A DNA stretch of 64,000 nucleotides, taken from contig JAZNPL010000031.1 in assembly GCA_045589615.1 (NCBI GenBank), positions 38,251 through 102,250 of the forward strand. The letters run 5' to 3'. A program made the position numbers and the translations under genes. The notes under the pieces were generated by a model. The model made no database searches, had not been told where the DNA came from, and saw nothing but the letters and a program-made list of their open reading frames with translations. This document shows positions 7,988-18,658 of this stretch, piece by piece (position 1 is the first letter of the stretch; every line of letters starts with the position of its first letter). This DNA comes from Christensenellaceae bacterium (lineage in GTDB: Bacteria > Bacillota > Clostridia > Christensenellales > Borkfalkiaceae).

Positions 7988-10156
7988 TTAACCTTTATAA
8001 TAATTAATCAAACAGCCCTTAGCGATAATGTCTTTTTCAGAATCGGTAAGTGGATCTATCGTCAACACGATTTCCCTTTTGCCGTTACCTAAAACGAACG
8101 CCTTAAACTCTGTTTCGCCTGCTAAAAGTTTACTTAAAACGTTAGGAACGTAGATATATTCGCCAACGTTAAAGTCGTTTTTCTTTGCTAAGAAAGGTAT
8201 CATACCCCAATTTATAAGGTTGCTTCTATAACGCTTAGTAGCATATTCTACGGCAACGTTAGCAACGCCACCCAAAACCCTTTGACAAGACGCTGCTTGT
8301 TCTCTCGCCGAGCCGTCGCCAGGTTTAATAGAACAAACTACGCTTCCGTAAGTGGTAACGCTTTCATCTAAACCTAAATCAGTGGGGAAACCGTCAGCCT
8401 TAACAGCCTTTGCCCTTGCAACGTAGTTGGGGTCTTTTCTAGACAACGCAAACTCTGCTAGTTTTAAAGGATTTGAACGGTATGAAGAAGTTTCGCCCGA
8501 CGGAATAAGTTCGTCGGTAGTCGTTACGGGGTCTTTAAGAACTGATACAACCTTAAGTAACAGATTGTCCTTTAATGCTTCCATTTTTGGCCAGTCTGCA
8601 ATGTTAGGTCCGTAAACTAGGTTTGCCTTGTCGTCGCCTTTGCCTACTGCGTTATGTACCCTTGCTTTATATATTTTATCGTCAAAACGATATTTTTTTA
8701 TCTTTTTGTTGTACGCTAAATCCATTGCCGAAGTAATTGCACCACCGTTTAGTGCCGTTGCTGCAATACTTCTAGCGTCCATAAGTGCAACTGCTGAAAG
8801 TTGTCCGTTTGCCGGCTTGCTTCCTTCACGGCTTTCAAAGTTTCTAGTGGTGTGTCTAATAGATAGACCGTTGTTTTGTGGAACGTCGCCAGCACCAAAA
8901 CAAGGACCGCAGAACGCCGTCTTAATTACTGCACCGTTTATCATTAGTTTGGAAATATATCCGTTGTCAACTAATCCCTTATATACCGGTTGGCTTGACG
9001 GATAAACGTCTAAAGTGAAATCACTATTATTAATTGGCATATCGCCTAAAATATCAGACGCTTCGGCTAAATTTTCGTACATACCACCAGCACAGCCTGC
9101 TATTACACCTTGTTCAACGTAAACTTTTCCGTCCCTTATCTTATCGGTCAATACGAATTTTCCTTTGCCTTCCGGTAAAAGTTTATTACCTGCTTCTTCG
9201 CACTCTTTTAAGAGTTCGTAAGGACGTGATAAGAATTCTCTAATAGTGTAAGCGTTAGACGGGTGGAAAGGTAGAGCAATCATAGGTTCAACCTTAGAAA
9301 GATTGATAACCACTGCCCTATCGTAGTACGCACCGTCAACGGCTTTTAATTCTTTATAACCGTCTGCCCTACCGTGTTGAACGTAGTAGGCTTTAGTCGT
9401 TTCATCAGTTTCCCAAACAGAAGAAAGACAAGTAGTTTCGGTCGTCATAACGTCAATGCCGTTTCTAAAATCCATAGAAAGATTTTTAATGCCACTACCG
9501 ATAAATTCTAATACTCTATTTTTGACGAAGCCCGTCTTAAAGGTTGCCTTAACTAACGCAAGAGCAACGTCGTGCGGGCCAACGCCTTTTCTAAGTTTCC
9601 CCTTTAATAAAACTGCAACCGTTTCGGGCGTGTCTATGTCGTAGGTTCTAGATAATAATTGTTTTACAAGTTCCGGCCCACCTTCGCCAACAGCCATACA
9701 ACCTAACGCACCGTATCTAGTATGAGAGTCCGAACCCAAAATCATACTGCCGGCAGTTGCACGCATTTCACGCATATATTGATGAATTACCGCAAGGTGT
9801 GGAGGCACGAACGCACCACCGTATTTTTTCGCTGCGGATAAACCGAAAACGTGGTCGTCTTCGTTAATCGTTCCACCTACTGCACAAAGTGAGTTGTGGC
9901 AGTTGGTTAAAGTGTAGGGCAAGGGGAATTTTTCTAGCCCCGAAGCCTTTGCAGTTTGAATTATGCCTACGTAGGTTATGTCGTGCGAAGTAATTTCGTC
10001 AAACTTTATCTTTAGTTTGTCAGAAGAATCTATAGTGTTGTGTGCTGAAAGTATTCTATAAGCAATAGTTCCCTTTCTTGCCACGTCGTCTTTAAAATTT
10101 GCTTTAACTAGTTTTCCGTCTTTATAATATACGCCGTACTTTTTAAGTTTTATCAT
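7988..10156 (-). CDS. aconitase-superfamily hydratase/dehydratase (substrate unknown)
   Basis: 722 aa. Contains the [14 protein letters not shown] and CGPCFGAGD motifs, consistent with the three Fe-S ligand regions of aconitase-family enzymes. Confidence 0.75.
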   Translation of the reverse strand: MIKLKKYGVYYKDGKLVKANFKDDVARKGTIAYRILSAHNTIDSSDKLKIKFDEITSHDITYVGIIQTAKASGLEKFPLPYTLTNCHNSLCAVGGTINEDDHVFGLSAAKKYGGAFVPPHLAVIHQYMREMRATAGSMILGSDSHTRYGALGCMAVGEGGPELVKQLLSRTYDIDTPETVAVLLKGKLRKGVGPHDVALALVKATFKTGFVKNRVLEFIGSGIKNLSMDFRNGIDVMTTETTCLSSVWETDETTKAYYVQHGRADGYKELKAVDGAYYDRAVVINLSKVEPMIALPFHPSNAYTIREFLSRPYELLKECEEAGNKLLPEGKGKFVLTDKIRDGKVYVEQGVIAGCAGGMYENLAEASDILGDMPINNSDFTLDVYPSSQPVYKGLVDNGYISKLMINGAVIKTAFCGPCFGAGDVPQNNGLSIRHTTRNFESREGSKPANGQLSAVALMDARSIAATALNGGAITSAMDLAYNKKIKKYRFDDKIYKARVHNAVGKGDDKANLVYGPNIADWPKMEALKDNLLLKVVSVLKDPVTTTDELIPSGETSSYRSNPLKLAEFALSRKDPNYVARAKAVKADGFPTDLGLDESVTTYGSVVCSIKPGDGSAREQAASCQRVLGGVANVAVEYATKRYRSNLINWGMIPFLAKKNDFNVGEYIYVPNVLSKLLAGETEFKAFVLGNGKREIVLTIDPLTDSEKDIIAKGCLINYYKG

Positions 10157-10276
10157 TAACGTCTCTCCATTGTTTTATTGGAATAATTATACAATATTAC
10201 TTAAATAATTGCAAGTGATTATAAAAATGCTTTTTCTCTTGATTAATATTTAATAAAGGTGTAAAATATATTTACT

Positions 10277-10708
10277 ATGAAATTTAAATTTAGACTAAAC
10301 GCAATATCTATCCTTTTGCTTGTTGCCGTTACATTGCTTTGTGGGTACGGAATAGCCTTAAACGTAATTGCACTTATTAACGCCATTGAAACGCTAAAAA
10401 TTATTCTTAACGTGGTTTTAGTGCTAGTTAACCTTGCATTGATTGTTACGGTTTTTGCCATTGCACTTTTTAGCAGTTATACGGTTAATAAAAAAGGAAT
10501 AGTTTTAAGGCTTGGTTTTTTTAAAGTATTATACAAAAAAGAAGAACTGCACTCGATAAAACTCTTTTCAAAGACACAAAAACTAGTTCTTTATTTAATA
10601 GACGCAAAATTTACTGTAATCGTGATAAACGCAAGCAAATATCAGGCGTTTACTAAGGCTGTTCAAAATGAATTTCCTTTTGTTTACGAAGAAGTTGTTA
10701 GTGAGTAA
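10277..10708 (+). CDS. small membrane protein, possible bacterial PH (YdbS-like) domain
   Basis: Two N-terminal TM segments followed by a soluble ~70-aa domain (YTVNKKGIVLRLGFFKVLYKKEELHSI). Confidence 0.4.
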   Translation: MKFKFRLNAISILLLVAVTLLCGYGIALNVIALINAIETLKIILNVVLVLVNLALIVTVFAIALFSSYTVNKKGIVLRLGFFKVLYKKEELHSIKLFSKTQKLVLYLIDAKFTVIVINASKYQAFTKAVQNEFPFVYEEVVSE

Positions 10709-10774
10709 AAAAATTTTTAAAAAAATCGTTGACAAATATTAGAAAAAAAAGTAAACTAAAAACGAACTCAATAT

Positions 10775-10930
10775 TATCCGGTAGGTAAGGCTACCATAGG
10801 GATACGGGCTGCTGCCGCAAACTAGTGGAGACACTACGAGATGGTTTCAACAGACTACGTCGAAAACAAGGCGTAATCCAATGCAGTTTCACTGCCCTAC
10901 GGTGCTAAAGCCAGCATGGTAACAGTACTT
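10775..10930 (+). promoter_or_regulatory. M-box (ykoK) Mg2+ riboswitch
   Basis: GGTAGGTAAGGCTACC..GGGATACGGGCTGCTGCCGCAAA..GGAGACACTACGAGATGGTTTCAACAGACTACGTCGA..AATGCAG..CTACGGTGCTAAAGCC aligns block by block with the B. subtilis mgtE leader. Confidence 0.9.
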
Positions 10931-10947
10931 TTGGTGTTTTTGCTAAT

Positions 10948-10982
10948 GACCTACCGTTTTTCGGTGGGTTTTATTTTTTTTA
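10948..10982 (+). terminator. M-box expression-platform terminator
   Basis: CCTACCG-TTTTT-CGGTGGG followed by TTTTATTTTTTTT, located 17 nt before the mgtE ATG. Confidence 0.75.
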
Positions 10983-10998
10983 ACGGGAGGTAAGTTTT

Positions 10999-12357
10999 AT
11001 GACTGAAGATAAGGAAATTTTATACGAACGATTACAAACGTATTTTAGCAGTCGAAGATTTGCCGACCTTAGAATATTGCTACTCGATATGGAGCCGTTT
11101 GACATTGCCGAATATCTAGAAGAAAACCTAGACGACAAAGAACAAATCAAGTTCTTTAGGCTTTTGCCAAAAGAACTAGCCAGCGACGTTTTCGTAGAGA
11201 CCGATAGCGATACTCAAGAACGACTAATAAAGTCTTTCACCGATAAAGAACTTAAAGCAGTCGTGGACGATATGTTCCTTGACGATACGGTTGACATTAT
11301 TGAAGAAATGCCCGCCAACGTGGTTAAGAGAATTCTTAAAAACTCCGACCCCGAAAATCGTAAACAAATCAACGAATTATTAGAATACCCAGACGATTCA
11401 GCAGGAAGCATTATGACGCCTGAATACATTTCACTGTCCGCTTCTATGACGGTTGAAAGGGCGTTCGATAAAATTAGACAAACGGGGCGTGATAAGGAAA
11501 GTATTTACACCTATTACGTTACCGACCGTAAAAAACATTTGATAGGCGTTGTTACTGCTAAAGACTTGCTTCTTGCCGACAAAAACGATATCGTTGAAGA
11601 ATTGATGGATTCTAACGTAGTTACCGCCAACACTTTAGACGATAAAGAACAAGTTGCTTTAATGCTTTCGCAATACGATATGTTAGCCCTACCCGTTATC
11701 GACAAGGAAGGTTGTCTTGTTGGTATCGTTACCGTTGACGACGCTGTGGACGTTATCCAAGAAGAAGCCACCGAAGATATTCAAAAGATGGCGGCTGTGT
11801 TGCCTAACGAAAAACCTTACCTAAAGCAATCGGTGTTTAGCATTTGGAAAGCGAGAGTGCCTTGGCTACTTTTACTTATGATTTCGGCAACCTTTACTAG
11901 TATGATTTTATCTACTTACCAAGCAAAACTTTCGGCAATAATGTACGCTTTCGTGCCAATGCTTATGGGTACTGCGGGTAACGCTGGTGGTCAATCTTCG
12001 GTTACCATTATTCGTGCCCTTGCCCTTGAAGAAGTGGATATAAAAGACATACTAAAAGTATTGTGGAAAGAACTTCGTTCTTCCTTAGTTCTAGGCGTTA
12101 CCGTTTCGGTTGCTTGCTTTGCTAAAATGATGCTCATTGATAGGCTTTATAACGATATAACTTGGCAGATAGCCTTAATCGTTTCTTTCGTTTTATTGCT
12201 TGCCATAGTAATTGCAAAAATCATTGGTTGCACGTTGCCACTTCTGGCAAAGAAAATCAAACTAGACCCTGCCGTAATGGCAAGCCCCTTTATAACGACG
12301 CTAGTCGATGCAATAACGCTTATAATTTACTGTGCGATTACGATAGCACTTCTATAA
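10999..12357 (+). CDS. mgtE: magnesium transporter MgtE
   Basis: 452 aa. It has an N domain, tandem CBS domains, and a C-terminal TM domain with GNAGGQS and PFITTLVD. Confidence 0.95.
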   Translation: MTEDKEILYERLQTYFSSRRFADLRILLLDMEPFDIAEYLEENLDDKEQIKFFRLLPKELASDVFVETDSDTQERLIKSFTDKELKAVVDDMFLDDTVDIIEEMPANVVKRILKNSDPENRKQINELLEYPDDSAGSIMTPEYISLSASMTVERAFDKIRQTGRDKESIYTYYVTDRKKHLIGVVTAKDLLLADKNDIVEELMDSNVVTANTLDDKEQVALMLSQYDMLALPVIDKEGCLVGIVTVDDAVDVIQEEATEDIQKMAAVLPNEKPYLKQSVFSIWKARVPWLLLLMISATFTSMILSTYQAKLSAIMYAFVPMLMGTAGNAGGQSSVTIIRALALEEVDIKDILKVLWKELRSSLVLGVTVSVACFAKMMLIDRLYNDITWQIALIVSFVLLLAIVIAKIIGCTLPLLAKKIKLDPAVMASPFITTLVDAITLIIYCAITIALL

Positions 12358-12372
12358 AACTTTTAAAAAGTT

Positions 12373-12401
12373 AAACGCTCTAGGTTTTCTAGAGCGTTTT
12401 T
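12373..12401. terminator. bidirectional terminator between mgtE and guaB
   Basis: AAACGCTCTAG-GTTTT-CTAGAGCGTTT with flanking A/T runs. Confidence 0.75.
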
Positions 12402-12420
12402 ATCTTTCGTTTTTCTTCTG

Positions 12421-13926
12421 CTATTTAACCGTGTTGGTTTTTTCCTTTTGAATAACGTCGTGTGCACCACCTTCTACGATACTTGTTGCAGAAACTAAGG
12501 ATAGCACTGCCTTTTGTTGTAGTTCGGGAATAGTTAACGCACCACAGTTGCACATTGTAGATTTAACTTTTGAAAGCGACATTGCAACGTTGTCTTTAAG
12601 GCTACCTGCGTAAGGAACGTAAGAATCGACACCTTCTTCAAACGATAATTTCTTATCACCACCAAGGTCGTATCTTTGCCAATTTCTTGCCCTTGCCGAG
12701 CCTTCGCCCCAATATTCTTTATAGTAAGTTCCACCGATGCTAACTTTAGCCGTGGGGCTTTCGTCAAATCTAGCAAAATATCTGCCTAGCATAACGAAGT
12801 CTGCACCCATAGCAAGTGCTAAAGTGATATGGTGGTCGTAAACGATACCGCCGTCCGAACAAACGGGGATATAAACGCCAGTTTCTTTAAAGTATTCGTC
12901 CCTTGCCTTGCAAACGTCGATAAGTGCCGTTGCTTGTCCTCTACCGATACCTTTGGTTTCTCTAGTAATACAAATAGAGCCACCGCCGATACCAACTTTA
13001 ATAAAGTCTGCACCACAATCAGCCAAAAATCTAAAGCCGTCTGCGTCAACTACGTTGCCTGCACCAACCTTAACTTTGTCGCCGTAATTTTTTCTTATCC
13101 AAGCAATGGTATTTTTTTGCCAAGCCGAAAAACCTTCAGAAGAGTCTATACATAAAACGTCAACGCCTGCTTCTAGTAATGCGGGAACACGTTCAGCGTA
13201 GTCTCTAGTATTGATACCTGCACCTACGATATATCTTTTTGAACTGTCTAGTAATTCGTTGGGGTTTTGTTTGTGGCTATCGTAGTCTTTTCTAAATACC
13301 ATATATAATAGTTTACCACTTTCCGAAACGATAGGAAGTGAGTTCAACTTATTATCCCAAATAATATCGTTTGCTTCTTTTAAGGTAGTACCTTCTTTAG
13401 CATAGATAAGTTTTTCAAACGGGGTCATAAAGGTAGAAACCTTTTCGTCGCCAGCCATTCTGCTAACACGATAATCTCTGCTAGTAACGATACCTAAAAG
13501 TTTACCGTTGCACGTTCCGTCGTCAGTTACTGCTATGGTAGAATGCCCCGTTTTTTCCTTTAGTGCAATAACGTCTTGTAAAGTTTGGTCGGGACGGATA
13601 TTAGAATCGCTTACAACAAAGCCTGCCTTATAACTTTTTGCTCTTTTTACCATTGCCGCTTCGTCAGCAATGCTTTGAGAACCGTAAATGAACGATACGC
13701 CACCTTCGGTTGCAAGTGCTACGGCTAGTTTGTCGCCCGATACCGATTGCATTATTGCAGATACCATTGGTATATTCATCATAATTTCACTAGTTTCGCC
13801 TTTCTTGAACTTTACTAGTGGGGTTTTTAAACTTACGTTTGCAGGAATGCAATCTTCAGATGAATATCCTGGTATTAATAAATATTCGTTAAAAGTATGT
13901 GATGGTTCATTAATAAATTTAGCCAT
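12421..13926 (-). CDS. guaB: IMP dehydrogenase
   Basis: I start it at [20 protein letters not shown] (ATG at 13926, GGAGAT RBS). It contains a CBS pair, the catalytic loop [12 protein letters not shown], and [21 protein letters not shown]. Confidence 0.9.
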   Translation of the reverse strand: MAKFINEPSHTFNEYLLIPGYSSEDCIPANVSLKTPLVKFKKGETSEIMMNIPMVSAIMQSVSGDKLAVALATEGGVSFIYGSQSIADEAAMVKRAKSYKAGFVVSDSNIRPDQTLQDVIALKEKTGHSTIAVTDDGTCNGKLLGIVTSRDYRVSRMAGDEKVSTFMTPFEKLIYAKEGTTLKEANDIIWDNKLNSLPIVSESGKLLYMVFRKDYDSHKQNPNELLDSSKRYIVGAGINTRDYAERVPALLEAGVDVLCIDSSEGFSAWQKNTIAWIRKNYGDKVKVGAGNVVDADGFRFLADCGADFIKVGIGGGSICITRETKGIGRGQATALIDVCKARDEYFKETGVYIPVCSDGGIVYDHHITLALAMGADFVMLGRYFARFDESPTAKVSIGGTYYKEYWGEGSARARNWQRYDLGGDKKLSFEEGVDSYVPYAGSLKDNVAMSLSKVKSTMCNCGALTIPELQQKAVLSLVSATSIVEGGAHDVIQKEKTNTVK

Positions 13927-13946
13927 AATTATCTCCTTTTTATCTA

Positions 13947-15023
13947 TTATACTTGTTTGTCGCAATAAACGCAACGGTAAATTTCTTTTTCTTTATCGAC
14001 AAGTCTTACCGCTTGGTCTAATTCTTGTTCGGTTTGAGTTATACAACGTGGGTTTTTGCATACGTGCTTATTAAAAATTACGTCGTCGCCTAGCCTACGT
14101 TCTATAAAGTTTTTATCTTTTAATAATTTTAGAATAAGTGCCATTCTAACGTACTTGCCGTTTGCCACTTGCTTAAAGTAACACGCACGCTTATCAGCGT
14201 CAACCTTTACGCTTATTTCGTTTACCCTTGGCAACGGGTGTAAAACTATCATATCCGATTTTGCACTTTGCATTTTTTCTTCCGTCAAAATATAACTGTC
14301 TTTTAGTCTTTCGTATTCCGATTTATCGGTAAATCTTTCTTGCTGAATTCTAGTCATATATAAAACGTCAAGTATATCTAAACTCTTTTCTAAATCACAA
14401 GTTTCCTTATAACGCATATTGCACTTATCAAGTACGTCTTGCTTAACGTAATCGGGAAGTCTTAATTCTTCGGGCGAAATCAATACTATATTAATGTTTT
14501 CATATCTTGACAACGCACCTATCAAAGAGTGTACTGTTCTTCCGTACTTTAAGTCGCCACAAAAACCAATGGTCAAGTTGTCAAGCGTGCCTTTTTCTCT
14601 ATAAATGGTCAATAAATCGGTTAGCGTTTGAGTGGGGTGACAATGTCCGCCGTCCCCTGCATTGATTACGGGAATACTTGCGTTTAAAGAAGCAACTAAC
14701 GGTGCACCTTCTTGGTAAGAACGCATTGCTATTATGTCAGCGTAACAAGAAATTACCTTAGAAGTGTCCGCAACGCTTTCGCCTTTACTTACCGAAGAAC
14801 TGCCGGGGTCCGAAAAGCCTATTACCGAGCCTCCTAGTTCTAGCATAGCCGATTCAAAAGAAATTCTAGTTCTAGTTGACGGTTCGTAAAATAAGGTCGC
14901 TAGTTTTTTGCCCTTGCATTTTTTAGAATACTTTTTGGGCTTTTTTATAATGTCTAACGCCGTATCTAATAAATCGTATATCTCTTTTTTCGTTAAGTCA
15001 ACTACGTCGATAACGTTTCTCAT
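13947..15023 (-). CDS. pyrB: aspartate carbamoyltransferase catalytic chain fused to a PyrI-type zinc domain
   Basis: STRTR, HPTQ and HPLPR motifs are present. A ~55-aa C-terminal extension, [14 protein letters not shown]...[10 protein letters not shown] (C-x4-C...C-x2-C), resembles the PyrI C-terminal domain. Confidence 0.85.
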   Translation of the reverse strand: MRNVIDVVDLTKKEIYDLLDTALDIIKKPKKYSKKCKGKKLATLFYEPSTRTRISFESAMLELGGSVIGFSDPGSSSVSKGESVADTSKVISCYADIIAMRSYQEGAPLVASLNASIPVINAGDGGHCHPTQTLTDLLTIYREKGTLDNLTIGFCGDLKYGRTVHSLIGALSRYENINIVLISPEELRLPDYVKQDVLDKCNMRYKETCDLEKSLDILDVLYMTRIQQERFTDKSEYERLKDSYILTEEKMQSAKSDMIVLHPLPRVNEISVKVDADKRACYFKQVANGKYVRMALILKLLKDKNFIERRLGDDVIFNKHVCKNPRCITQTEQELDQAVRLVDKEKEIYRCVYCDKQV

Positions 15024-15033
15024 TTGTTTCTCC

Positions 15034-15666
15034 TTAGCCTTTTATCCAACTTTCGTCAGACGGATTGTTTCTAAATGCAATGAGTTTTTTAACGTCTTCG
15101 GGTTTAATATATCCTTCGTCAGCTGCAACTTGAGCGATTACGTCGAAGTTTGTTAGCGATACGTTTTTAACGTTTGCTTGTTCTAAGCGTTCGATACCCT
15201 TTTTCATACCGTAGGTAAAAATACTTGCAACGCCTAAAACTTCTGCTCCTGCTTCTCTTAAAACTTGTACTACTTCTAAAACGCTTCCGCCAGTAGAGAT
15301 TAAGTCTTCAACAACTACTACCTTTTGACCTTTTTCAAGTTTGCCTTCTATTTGATTTTGTCTGCCGTGGTCTTTAGCACCCGAACGAACGTAACCCATA
15401 GGTAATCCCATAATGTGTCCTGTTATTGCTGCGTGTGCAATACCTGCAGTTGAAGTTCCCATCAATACTTCTACTTCTGGGTAATGAGTTTTAATAATTT
15501 CAGCAAGACCGTTTTCCACGTCGCATCTTACCTTTGGTGCAGTAAGCGTTAATCTATTGTCGCAATAAACCGGGCTTTTAATTCCACTTGCCCAGGTAAA
15601 CGGTTCTTCTGGACGGAAGAACACTGCTTTAATCGATAATAAGTCTTTTGCAATGAGTTTTTCCAT
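15034..15666 (-). CDS. pyrE: orotate phosphoribosyltransferase
   Basis: 210 aa with the PRPP-binding loop [13 protein letters not shown]. Confidence 0.9.
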   Translation of the reverse strand: MEKLIAKDLLSIKAVFFRPEEPFTWASGIKSPVYCDNRLTLTAPKVRCDVENGLAEIIKTHYPEVEVLMGTSTAGIAHAAITGHIMGLPMGYVRSGAKDHGRQNQIEGKLEKGQKVVVVEDLISTGGSVLEVVQVLREAGAEVLGVASIFTYGMKKGIERLEQANVKNVSLTNFDVIAQVAADEGYIKPEDVKKLIAFRNNPSDESWIKG

Positions 15667-15669
15667 AAT

Positions 15670-16317
15670 CTATATCTCCATCAATAATTTTTCTAATTCA
15701 CTAACGGTATCAACCGTATAATCGGGCAAGGCTTTTTTAAGTTCTAATGCCGAATTATACCCGTAAGTAACGGCAACCGTTTTTAGTCCGTTTGCCCTTC
15801 CACCTAAGACGTCGTAATAGGTGTCGCCCACCATAATAGAACTCATTTTTAAAGCGTTTGCACGCTTGATTGCTAGGGCTATAACTTCCTCCTTTTTGTT
15901 AAGGCTACCGTCTAATGTCGCCCCAACCGAAAGGTCAAAATATTTATAAATTTCAAATTTTTTAAGAATTTCTATTGCGTGAATTTCGGGCTTAGAAGTT
16001 GCAAGCACAATCTTTTTGCCTAACTTTTTAAGTTTATCAAGCATTTGTGGTACGCCGTCGTACACCTTATTGATAAACATACCCTTTTCAACAAAAAATT
16101 CTCTATAATACTCTACTAATAAATCTCCGTCGTTTTTGGAAATCCCGTAAATTTCGCACGCCTTGTCCGAAATAGGTGGGCCAAGAAATTTTCTTAGCAC
16201 GCTTTCGTCTTTTTCTTCTATGCCATACTTATCTAGTGCATATTTTAGCGAAGCAATAATTCCGTCCGCCGAATCGGTAAGCGTTCCGTCAAGGTCGAAA
16301 AATACCGTTTTTAGCAT
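15670..16317 (-). CDS. HAD-IA family phosphatase (phosphoglycolate-phosphatase-like)
   Basis: [11 protein letters not shown] (motif I), ATSK (motif II) and VGDTYYD (motif III). It overlaps the pyrF stop by 7 nt and ends 3 nt before pyrE. Confidence 0.8.
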   Translation of the reverse strand: MLKTVFFDLDGTLTDSADGIIASLKYALDKYGIEEKDESVLRKFLGPPISDKACEIYGISKNDGDLLVEYYREFFVEKGMFINKVYDGVPQMLDKLKKLGKKIVLATSKPEIHAIEILKKFEIYKYFDLSVGATLDGSLNKKEEVIALAIKRANALKMSSIMVGDTYYDVLGGRANGLKTVAVTYGYNSALELKKALPDYTVDTVSELEKLLMEI

Positions 16318-17012
16318 TGCAAGAATTCTTTAACGCATCTTTCGTATGCTTCTACGGGGTCTTCAGCACCAGTGATAGGTCTGCCTACAACGATATAGTC
16401 AGAACCGATTTTTCTTGCTTCAGCAGGTGTCATAACACGTTTTTGGTCGCCCTTATCTCCGTCTGCAAAACGAACACCGGGGGTTACGGTAACAAATTCT
16501 TTACCACAAACGTCGTGAACTTTGCCTGCTTCTAATGGTGAACATACTACACCGTCAAGCCCCGAAATCTTAGCGTTATTTGCATAGTGCAATACTACTT
16601 CGTCAATAGGTTTATTGATTAGCAAGTCTTTTTCCATTGATTCTTGGTCGGTTGAAGTGAGTTGTGTTACTGCAATAAGTATTGGACGTGTTCCGTCTGG
16701 TCTTGTTAACCCTTCGATTGCCGATTTCATCATATTGCAAGTACCCGAAGCGTGAAGATTGGTCATATCCACGTCAAGCCTAGAAAGAACTGCCATACTC
16801 TTTTTAACAGTGTTTGGAATATCGTGAAGTTTAAGGTCTAAGAATATTTTATGACCACGCTTTTTGATTTCTCTTACGATTGCAGGACCTTCTGCATAGA
16901 AAAGTTCCATACCGATTTTTACGAAAGGCTTTCTGCCCGTAAATTTATCTAAAAATGCTAGCGTTTTTTCTGCACTGTCAAAATCACACGCTATAATTAC
17001 GTCTTTTGCCAT
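16311..17012 (-). CDS. pyrF: orotidine-5'-phosphate decarboxylase
   Basis: IIACDF...[12 protein letters not shown]...VVGRPI motifs. Confidence 0.9.
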   Translation of the reverse strand: MAKDVIIACDFDSAEKTLAFLDKFTGRKPFVKIGMELFYAEGPAIVREIKKRGHKIFLDLKLHDIPNTVKKSMAVLSRLDVDMTNLHASGTCNMMKSAIEGLTRPDGTRPILIAVTQLTSTDQESMEKDLLINKPIDEVVLHYANNAKISGLDGVVCSPLEAGKVHDVCGKEFVTVTPGVRFADGDKGDQKRVMTPAEARKIGSDYIVVGRPITGAEDPVEAYERCVKEFLQC

Positions 17013-17929
17013 TATAATGCTCCTTTAATAATTTCCTTTAAGGAATTAATCTTATATTTTTCCATTGCGATAGGAAGATTTTCAATAATGTCCTTGCAAG
17101 CGTAGGGGTTAACTAAGTTTTCAGCCCCAACTTCTACAGCCGTTGCACCTGCAAGCATCATTTCGATAACGTCTTCTGCCGTTCTAATTCCACCCATACC
17201 AACAACGGGAATATTAACTGATTTAGCCACTTGGTAAACGCACCTTACTGCTACAGGGAATACTGCAGGGCCCGATAGTCCACCCGTTACATTTGCAAGT
17301 AAAGGCTTGCGTTTAGCAAGATTTATTCTCATACCTAATAGCGTATTTATAAGCGAAACACCGTCTGCACCCGAATCTTCACACGCTTTAGCAATCGATA
17401 CGATATCCGTTACGTTTGGCGAAAGTTTAATGATAACCGGTTTTGTGGTAACCTTTTTCACTGCTTTTGTAACGCTTGAAACAGCCTTTACGTCCGTTCC
17501 AAAACTCATTCCACCACCGTGAACGTTAGGGCAAGAAACGTTTACTTCTAACCAACCAACTTGTTCTTCCTTGTCTAGTTTTTCACAAGTTTTAACGTAG
17601 TCGTCGATAGAAAAACCACTTACGTTAGCCATTACTTTTTTATTAAAAACCTTTTTGAGTTTAGGCAATTCTTCACTAATAACCTTTTCAACGCCGGGGT
17701 TTTGAAGCCCTACTGCGTTTAGCATACCAGAAGCCGTTTCGGCTATTCTTGGAGTGGGGTTACCAAACCTTGCGTCTAGCGTAGTTCCCTTAAAAGAGAA
17801 AGTGCCTAAAATATTAATGTCGTAAAGTTCGCTAAATTCGTAGCCGTAGCCGAACGTTCCACTAGCAGGAATAACGGGGTTATCTAGTTCTATGCCCAAA
17901 AGGTTTACTTTGGTATCTACTTTTCCCAT
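17012..17929 (-). CDS. pyrD: dihydroorotate dehydrogenase B, catalytic subunit
   Basis: Class 1B features: [30 protein letters not shown]. Confidence 0.9.
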   Translation of the reverse strand: MGKVDTKVNLLGIELDNPVIPASGTFGYGYEFSELYDINILGTFSFKGTTLDARFGNPTPRIAETASGMLNAVGLQNPGVEKVISEELPKLKKVFNKKVMANVSGFSIDDYVKTCEKLDKEEQVGWLEVNVSCPNVHGGGMSFGTDVKAVSSVTKAVKKVTTKPVIIKLSPNVTDIVSIAKACEDSGADGVSLINTLLGMRINLAKRKPLLANVTGGLSGPAVFPVAVRCVYQVAKSVNIPVVGMGGIRTAEDVIEMMLAGATAVEVGAENLVNPYACKDIIENLPIAMEKYKINSLKEIIKGAL

Positions 17930-18651
17930 ATTATTTCCTCCTTAACAAGAACGGGCCCATCTTTACAAATACGCTTGTTTCCGTAAAGCGTCTTGCACGA
18001 ACAACCCATACAAGCACCAAACCCACAGCCCATACGTTCTTCAAAACTGAATTGTCCACTTGTTTTTGACTTGTTGTAGATTGCCTTTAGCATTGGCTCT
18101 GGCCCACAAGTGTAAAAGTAAGAATAATCTACGTCCATAGCGTCGGTAACAAACCCTTTTATACCGTAACTTCCGTCAACGGTGGTTACGAAAACTTTAG
18201 CACCTAAAGAAATAAATTCCTTTTCGTAAAACACTTCATCAAAAGTGTTAAAGCCTAAAATAACCGTTACTTTTTTGCCGAGTGCTATTAGTTTTTTTGC
18301 TAAGTTATACATTGGTGGAACGCCCACGCCCCCACCGATTAGCAAGGGATTATCGCCCGAAAGGTCTAAATTATAGCCGTTGCCTAAGCCCACCAAAACG
18401 TCGAACTTATCGCCTACTTTTGCCTTGCTTAATTCTTCCGTGCCTTTTCCTACAACCTTGTAGATTACGGTAAATTCATTATCAGAATAGTCGCAAACGG
18501 AAATTGGACGGCGTAAATAATTACTGCCAATTACAAAGTTTACGAACTGACCTGACGCAGTAATGCTTTTGCAATCCCCTAAAAAGGTCGCTTTATATAC
18601 GTTTTTTGCCAACTGTTCGTTGGACGTCATTGTATAAATATCTTTTTTCAT
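17917..18651 (-). CDS. pyrK: dihydroorotate dehydrogenase B, electron-transfer (FAD/2Fe-2S) subunit
   Basis: 244 aa. RRPISV FAD motif and a C-terminal Cys cluster (CGFGACMGCSC). Confidence 0.85.
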   Translation of the reverse strand: MKKDIYTMTSNEQLAKNVYKATFLGDCKSITASGQFVNFVIGSNYLRRPISVCDYSDNEFTVIYKVVGKGTEELSKAKVGDKFDVLVGLGNGYNLDLSGDNPLLIGGGVGVPPMYNLAKKLIALGKKVTVILGFNTFDEVFYEKEFISLGAKVFVTTVDGSYGIKGFVTDAMDVDYSYFYTCGPEPMLKAIYNKSKTSGQFSFEERMGCGFGACMGCSCKTLYGNKRICKDGPVLVKEEIIWEK

Positions 18652-18658
18652 TTTTTAC

